Source: Phyllobates terribilis
Taxonomy: Eukaryota
Length of the DNA stretch: 64,000 bases
Reading direction: 5' to 3'
NCBI RefSeq assembly: GCF_046119375.1
Contig: NW_027362763.1
Span: forward strand, 359,538,001 to 359,602,000
In this document: positions 51,801 through 60,800 of the stretch, in pieces
Layout of the letters: each line of letters opens with the position of its first letter
How positions within the stretch are numbered: the stretch's first letter is position 1
The notes under the pieces: model-generated
Databases searched by the model: none
The model's input: the letters and a program-made list of their open reading frames with translations, nothing else
What the model was told of the DNA's origin: nothing
Position numbers and translations under genes: made by a program

Positions 51801-54800
51801 TAGCAGAGTTTTTTCAAAAACAGTGTGTAAGAATACCTAGAAGAACTGATGTGGTTTTTGAAAGTAAAGAGTTATCACACCAAATATTTAATTTAGATTT
51901 CTCTTTTGTTCATTCAGTTTGCATTTTGTAATGATAAAATTAAACTCATAACATTTATATTGTTGATAGTATTCTAAGGGTATGTGCACACTACTCCTTT
52001 TTTCAGGCAGAATCTGCTTGGAATCTGCCTAAAAAGCAATGTAAAAAATGAATATAGTGCACAGCAGTGTCATATCTACATTGCTGTGCCCATCTTCAGT
52101 CTTATGCCACTTCTTTTAACCTCTTCAGGGTTCAGAAACCATGAAGCAGTTAAAATAAGTAATATGCTAATTTTTCTCTATATACTTGAACATATAGGAC
52201 AAAGATGCCGGCAGCCAGAACCATTGAAAAAACGACTGAAAAGATGCCGGTAAAGACGATTAGGAAAATGTCTGCTGGTATTTTCCTGACGCGTTTTCAG
52301 CTTATAAAACTCTGCGCTTCTGCTATACAGTAGAGACCAAAAGTGTTGCTTTTTTTTTTTTATTTTTTATGCGTTTTAGGTTAAAAAAATATGTCAAAGT
52401 GGCATCCTAAATTACTAAAAGTGATGGCTCTGAGACATAGAAACTACGTTGCTACTATAGAATATTATGAAAAGCACTACAAAATGTATACCTGAAATAT
52501 TTCAAAAAATGTTTCTGTAATATGAAAATTGCAGTAAAGGAAAGTACTTAGTGCATAGATTGGCCAATATATGTGTGCCCAACAGCCAGCGTCAAGGCGT
52601 CCTTCATTGTTGGGTCCCTGTCCTACTTTGTCACCCCTTTCCTGGGCTGAAAGCCTACAATTTATGGGTCAGGACTGAACTATCCCACAGAGTCCACAAG
52701 GATCCGACGCGCGTTTCGCCGATGGCTTTCACATCCTCGTGAAAGCCATCGGCGAAACGCGCGTCGGATCCTTGTGGACTCTGTGGGATTGACAGGTACT
52801 TTATGGCAGCATTACTTTTCCATGATGACACATGTAGCCACACACGTGGGCCCATAGGTACCACTGTAATCTCTTTCTAATAATTGGGCTCGATATATAT
52901 ACATAATTATGTGCTTCACTGTGTTTACATAGATAGCTTAGAACTATAACTCAGAGAAATCACTCTTAGTAATTTAGGATGCAACTCTGGACGTTTTTTC
53001 ATAGTTTGTATTTTTTAAAAGTAGGCTCTTGTTCACACTGGATGTGCTTGTCATTTTCGCTATTTGTTTTAGGTTAAAAACATGGAAAAGACAAAGACAA
53101 ACTTATCTCCAGGAGTCAGGAAGCTTATTATTCTGAGAGTGAAGTCAGGCAAAAGCCAAAAAGAGGTAGCGATGGAATTCAACTGTTCTCAGAGTCAAGT
53201 GTCACGTATATTAAAGAAAGAAAAAGAAGTTTATGGATCAGCTGACAAACCTAAAAGTGGACGACCACAGAAAACTTCCTCCAGAGTTGATCACATTATT
53301 AAGAAAAAGTCAGTATCTGCTGTTCATAAAAGTGCTGTACAGATTTCACACGAAGAATATGGAGTCAAAGTGAGTGGCCAAACTGTGGTGCGACAGTTAA
53401 GAGCAGTATGGTTGAATATATGAGTTCCAGTCAAGAAGCCTTTCATCTCTGCAAAGAACCGGAAAGTCCGACTAGAGTTTGCCAAAGAACACAGCCAATG
53501 GAAAGAGACAGATTGGTCTAAGGTGTTGTGGTCGGATGAATCCAAGTTCAATCTGTTTGGTAGTGATGGCAAGCACTATATATACCACCCAATTGGAAAA
53601 CGTAATGATGTAAGGTACCAAACACCTACAGTGAAACATGGTGGTGGCAATGTCATGGTTTGGGGCTGCTTTTCTACATCTGCCATTGGCCCTTTGCATA
53701 GAATTGATGGAAATATGAATGCTACCATGTATGAGGATATACTGGAGAATGTAATGCTGTCACATGGCAAAAGCAAAGTAGGCAGCGGATGGAAATTCCA
53801 GCAAGACAATGACCCTAAGCAAACATGCAATTTAGTCAAAAATTGGTTAGGAAAGAAAAATGTTTGCCTGTTGCAATGGCCAAAACAATCACCTGATTTA
53901 AACCCTATAGAGCATCTTTGGGATGAGTTAGGGCCCGTACCCATAGCAATATAGGTGAATTATTTGCAGATTTGCAAATAGCATGGAGCAAGATCCCTGA
54001 AGATGTCTTGAATACCCTAGTGGCTTCAATGCCTCATTGGTGTGATGCAGTAATTAAAGCAAGAGGTTATGCTACAAAATACTAAGTTATGGCATTGTAA
54101 ACAATGAATTACTCTCTATGTTATGATCAATAAATAGTATATGTAAAACTTTTGGCAGTCAGTTTTCTTTAAATGACCATACCTATATTCAAAAGCATTT
54201 TGGTTAAAATTAAGGTCTTGCGTGATGACAACTTCATGCACTTTCAATTCACCAGGGAAATGGCATCACAAAACCCAGACAGAAGTAATCACACTTATAA
54301 AAAAATGCAAAACTTTAGGTCACCGCTGTCTTAAGCCTTACTTTGCTTTTTTTTTTCCCACACGAGCCTAAGACTGTTGCACAGTTCTGTGTGTGCACAT
54401 ATAAATATATATGTGTATATGTGTGTACTGTTCTGTCCAGTACTGAGGACATCCTGTGCTTGTTGGTTACTTACCTTTTTTGTGACAATGTAGATACGGA
54501 ACACAAGAAACAGTGTCAGCAGGTAGAGCACAGCAAAGATATACTGAGCCAGCCGGATGTTGGTCCCATGCTCAGTTAGGTAGTAAAATGCACCAAAAAT
54601 GTAGACAAATCCAGCAGGATACCTATTAAAAAATACAAAATGCCATATATTATAGTCAGCTTTCTTTAGTATAAAATTGTCTTTTCCAAGTAAAAGTTGC
54701 TGGGTCATATCAAGGACATCTCTACCAGCACTTTCACCAACTACTGTGTCATAACACTGGCGCAAGACCGCTTCATATACTCGGGTGGGGAGAGCGCGGC

Positions 54801-57800
54801 TAGTCTGCGCATCGCGGTCCATGATGACCCTTAGGCCTCATTCAGATGTTTGTGAATCATATGTGATCTGTACATGCTGTGCCGAGTCAGGACTAGACCG
54901 TTTGTATACTCAGCCTGAGGTATGTAGACGTCTGAATTCATAGCAACACCAATGTACATGTATAGGGAGAGACCTGTCACTCCAGGGTAGGGGGCAGGGA
55001 GAAGATGCAGAGGACCCGCTTGTCTGACTAGTCCACAGCGCGGTATTGGTCCCCGGCGGCTATTAAATTATGTTTTTATCTAAAACAGTGTTTCTGAGTC
55101 AAACATGCCTGTGTGTGTGGTACATTTTGCCGGCAGATCGCCCATCATGTGTCAGCTGTCAGGTTCCCTTTATAAAGTGGATCTACCAGAGATCACTATA
55201 CAGGCTGCACACATTACTAATTAGATCTCTGCATCATTGTCGTGTAAATATGAATGTTCTGCCGACAATCAGCTTCTACATCTGTATCAGTGGGCCTTAA
55301 AGTGGATCTGTCGCCAGATTGTAAAATATGAACTGTATACATTTTTAAATAGATCTCCCAGACCTGGTGAGGCTGGTGTACAGTCATGGCCAAAAGTATT
55401 GAGAATGAGACAAATAGTAATTTTTCCAAAGTTTACTGCTTCATTTTTTGTAATGGCAATTTGCATATACTCCTGAATGTCAAAGAGTGATCAGCTTAAC
55501 AGCAATTACTGTACTTGCAAAGTCAATATTTGCCCAGAAAATGAACTTTAACCCCCAAAACACATTTCAACATCATTGCAGTCCTGCCTTAAAAGGAGCA
55601 GCTAACATCGTTTTAGTGATTAATCCATTAACACAGGTGTGGGTGTTGATGAGGACAGGGCTGGCGATAAATCAGTCATGATTAAGTAAGAATGACATCA
55701 CTGGACACTTTAAAAGGAGGCTGGTTCTTGGTATCATTGTTTCTCTTCAGTTAACTATGGTTATCTCTAAAGAAACACGTGCAGCCATCATTGCACTGCA
55801 CAAAAATGGCCTAACAGGGAAGAGTATCGCAGCTACAAAGATTGCACCTCAGTCAACAATCTATCGCATCATCAAGAACTTCAAGGAGAGAGCTTCCATT
55901 GTTGTCAAAAAGGTTCCAGGGCGCCCAAGAAAGACCAGCAAGCGCCAGGACCGTATCTTAAAACGGTTTCAGCTGTGGGATCGGACTACCAGCAGTGCCG
56001 AGCTTGCTCAGGAATGGCAGCAGGCTGGTGTGAGTGCTTCTGCATGCACTGTGAGGCGGAGACTCTTTGAGCAAGGGCTGGTTTCAAGGAGGGCAGCAAA
56101 GAAGCCACTTCTCTCCAGAAAAAACATCAGGGACCGACTGATATTCTGCAAAAGGTACAGGGAGTGGACTGCTGAGGACTGGGGCAAAGTCATTTTCTCT
56201 GATGAATCCCCTTTTCGATTGTTTGGGACATCTGGAAAACAGCTTATTTGGAGAAGAAGAGGTGAGCGCTACCACCAGTCTTGTCTCATGCCAACTGTAA
56301 AGCATCCTGAAACCAGGGTGGATAAAAATCAATGTTTTTTTTTAAAAAATCAAAAAAATTGGATTTTTTTGATTTAAATCGGATTTTTTTCAATAAACTG
56401 CTTTTTGAGGAAAATATTTTACCATCCAAAGGTTCTTCCATCATGAGATAAAGCTGAGTTGTTTAACTCAGTAGAATAAAGGCTGTATATGTGTAACATT
56501 CACAATGCCATGCTCTTCCAGAGGTTTCTGTAGGATTAGTGGGCAGTTTCTCTCCTATATTATCACAGACGCTCGCTTTACTTACGCAGTTCTCAAAACT
56601 GAATTTGACTCCGCAGAGGTCCCAGCCTCTTCTTCACGGCAAAAATGTTACAACATGAACAGAGTTGAGAAAAGGACCTTAATCCTATTGTTCTACAAAC
56701 CTATGAATACAGAATCAACCCCTTCAGTGCCAAGTCCAAGAAGTTAGACAATATGTTTCTGATTGTTTGGAGTGGAATAGATCTGCACAACACAAGAAGA
56801 CTGTGAATCTAAGTGTGAGGAAGAGGAAGGGCAAGCAGACAAGAAAATGAAAGTGAAACTTTGAGCACAATACTGCAGCATAGCCACAGACAGACAAGTC
56901 TGGATCTGTTTGTGTGTACGATCTGAGGTTTATTACATTCTTTCCTTATAATGGCAGCAGGCCGTAAAAGAGACCCAGTTTGGGAATATTTTAATGAAGC
57001 TCCTTCGCCTATCGGTAAGGCAGGCATGCGTGCAAAATGCAAACGATGCAACAAAGAGATGCAAGGCCTGGTGGCGCGAATGAGGCAACATCATGAGAAG
57101 TGCGGTGATGAAGATGACCAAAGAAACACTACTGAACAGGCAGGATCTGTTGGTAAACATTTTTATTGAATCCTATTTCTAAAGACTGAACTGTCATGTG
57201 TGAGAAAAATTATATTTCTTATTATTACTGCATGTTACTGTCATTTGGTACAGTTATGAAGAAAAACAAATATTCCTTTTGGGGCAGGGGCAGTGATGTG
57301 TTGTGTACAATAAGCAGAAATTGTATAAACAATAAAATAACAGCATTGACTTTTTTTGTTAAGGGGAATTCATGGATTCTGGAAACTATCCACCTCCAAG
57401 ATCACCATCATCCTGTTCTACAGTTTCAGAGTTATCCATCCAGGATAGTGCTTCATTAGCAGCAGCATCATCATCAGACACCCACAGCCACATATCACCA
57501 TCACCCAAAAGGAAGAAAAAACCTTTACCTCCTGGAACCACCATAGATAGGTTTGTGATAAGAACTAGCAGATTAGAAAAAGAGTTGATTGATGAAAAAA
57601 TTGCCCAGTTTATTTATGCAACGAACTCTTCTTTCCGTCTGACTGAGAACCCACATTTCATTAATATGGTTCAGTCACTGAGACCAGGATACAGTCCACC
57701 CAGCAGAGCTGATGTTGCAGGGAAACTGCTGGATCAAGTGTATGACAGAGAAATGGAGCAATGTGCAACAGCTCTGGAGGGTAAAATTGTTAACCTAAGT

Positions 57801-60800
57801 ATTGATGGGTGGAGTAATGTCCACAATGATCCTATTGTATGTGCTTGTATAACAACAGAAGAAGGTAAAGTCTTCCTTGCACAAACAACTGATACGTCAG
57901 GAAATGCACACACAGCAGAATACTTACAAGAAGTGGCAGTAAAAGCTATAACATGTGAACAAAAATTCAAATGTCTAGTACGCAGTTTGGTCACTGACAA
58001 TGCTGCAAACGTATCCAAGATGAGAAGAAATTTAGAAGAGCAGGGAGGGAATACAAAGCTGCTAATAACATATGGTTGCAGTGCTCATTTGCTGCACCTC
58101 TTAGCCAAAGACTTAAGTGTTCCAAAAATAAAGGCTAATGTTGTTGAAATTGCTACATACTTCCGTAATAATCATTTTGCTGCAGCAGCTCTGAAAAGGA
58201 TGGGTGGAACCAAGCTAACGCTCCCACAAGATGTTAGATGGAATTCTGTGGTGGACTGTTTTGAGCAGTATATCAAAAACTGGCCTATTCTGATGACACT
58301 TTGTGAAGAAAATCGAGATAAAATAGATGGCACTGTCACGGCCAAAATCCTCAACATTGGGCTTAAGAGAAATGTTGAACATATGCTGAGCTTCCTGAAA
58401 CCCATCTCTCAAGCTTTAAACAAAATACAGAAAAATAGCTGTTTTATTGCGGATGCTGTTCAAATATGGAAGGAACTGAGTGAACACTTAAAAACAGAAC
58501 TACACATGGACAGAATTAAATTACATGCAGTAAACAAATGAATGGGACAAGCACTGACTCCAGCTCATTTTTTGGCAAATATTGTCAATATCCAACATTG
58601 CTGCCCTTCTACCATGCGTTTTTCATGCGTTTCCGCGGCGTTTACGCAACTGCAAAAACGACGCGGAAACGCATGAAAAATGCATCGTGTGAACTCAGCC
58701 TTAAGGTCAGGATTATTTTTCTCCTTCCTAAGTACAACAAAACAGTGGTGTCCAAATATGAATGATTAACCCATTAAACTGGGGAGAAAAAAGTAATATA
58801 AAAAGTGATTCTAAAAATCTTCATCTACTTGCATGTTAAAGTAGCAAGAACTAGTTAGGTAGAAACTTTGATTTAAATCACTGATTTAAATCAAGCCTTA
58901 CTGACTAGTGATTTAAATCGTGATTTAAATCAGTTAGATTTAAATCAAATCCACCCTGCCTGAAACCATTCATGTGTGGGGTTGCTTCTCAGCCAAGGGA
59001 ATCGGCTCACTCACAGTCTTGCCTAAAAACACAGCCATGAATAAAGAATGGTACCAGAATGTCCTCCAAGAGCAACTTCTCCCAACCGTCCAAGAGCAGT
59101 TTGGCGCCCAACAATGCCTTTTCCAGCATGATGGAGCACCTTGCCATAAAGCAAAGGTGATAACTAAATGGCTCATGGAACAAAACATAGAGATTTTGGG
59201 TCCATGGCCTGGGAACTCCCCAGATCTTAATCCCATTGAGAACTTGTGGTCAATCATCAAGAGACGGGTGGACAAACAAAAAACAACAAATTCTGGCAAA
59301 ATGCAAGCATTGATTATGCAAGAATGGACTGCTATCAGTCAGGATTTGGTCCAAAAGTTGATTGAGAGCATGCCAGGGAGAATTACAGAGGTCTTGAAGA
59401 AGAAGGGGCAAAACTGCAAATATTGACTTGCTGCATTAACTCATTCTAACTGTCAATATAACATATTGGTACTCATAATATGATTGCAATTATATTTCTG
59501 TATGTGATATAAACATCAGACAAACACTAATAAAAACCAGAGGCCAGCAGATCATGTGAAAAAATAATTTTGGTGTCATTCTCAAAACTTTTGGCCATGA
59601 CTGTACTTACAAAATTCATGTCAGAGCAGCCGTATATTCTTTTTTTTAGGGAACATGCACAAGTTGTGGATTTTAAAGCAGACTTTCTGTTCCGTATCTG
59701 CAGCATTTCAAAATCCACAACATAAGTGCAGATTTTATTGAGAACTTCACCCCATGCAGCGCAGGAGAGAAGACCACAAAGAGTTATATAGATAAAACAG
59801 AATCTGATCTGGAGCAGCACAGATGTGAACTCCGACCAAGATGCCCAGGGATAGGGGGACTTGGGAAAAAGTCAGCGACAGGCCTGTGGAGTCGGTAAGC
59901 CAAACCAACGACTCTGAAATTCCCTTGACTCTGGCTCCATAGCACTGTCTCACTACTGAGCAAGTACATAAAGTGCAGCACAGATTCATCTCCACTAAAA
60001 GCAGAGATCCTTAGATCAGGAACAGAACAGACATTTATAGGACATTTCATAACTTTCCCAAATTCTTATGAAAACATTTACAGCACATCCTGCATTGTAC
60101 TAATGAACCCGATGTATTATATACAGGTGCATCTCACTAAATTAGAATATCAAAGAGTTTATTTATTTTAGTTCTTCAATACAAAAAGTGAAACTCATTA
60201 TTTAGAGTCATTACAAACAGAGTGATCTATTTCAAGTGTTTATTTCTGTTAATGTTGATGATTATGGCTTACAGTCAATGAAAACACAAAAGTCATTATC
60301 TCAGTGAATTAGAATACTTTATAACAACAGCTTGAAAAATACTTTTAAAATCTGAAATGTTGGCCTACTGAAATGTATGTTCAGTAAATGCACTCAGTAC
60401 TTGGTCGTGGCTCCTTTTGCATCAATTACTGCATCAATACAGCATGGCATGGAGGCGATCAGCCTGTGACACTGCTGAGGTGTTATGGAAGCCCAGGTTG
60501 CTTTGATAGCAGCCTTCAGCTCGTCTGCATTGTTGGGTCTGGTGTCTCTCATCTTCCTCTTGACAATACTCCATAGAGTCTCTATGGGGTTAAGGTCAGG
60601 CGAGTTTGCTAGCCAATCAAGCACAGTGATACTGTTGTTTTTAAACCAGGTATTGGTACTTTTGGTAGTGTGGACAGGTGCCAAGTCCTGCTGGAGAACG
60701 AAATTTCCATCTCCAAAAAGATTGTCGGCAGAGGGAAGCATGAAATGCTCTAAAATTTCCTGGTAGACGGCTGCACTGACTTTGGTCTTGATAAAACACA

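Larger units (their letters stand above)
55381..59603 (+). mobile_element. DD35E Tc1/mariner element (Traveler-like), interrupted by a hAT
   Basis: TA TSD; TIR CAGTCATGGCCAAAAGT.TTGAGAATGA; joining 55757-56313 with 58967-59426 gives an open 338-aa transposase with 35 residues between the second D and the E. Confidence 0.92.

Noticed and set aside
54331-54822. 163-aa ORF as a stand-alone gene
   Set aside because: Only 54475-54622 is ALG3 exon 3; the rest is intron read-through.
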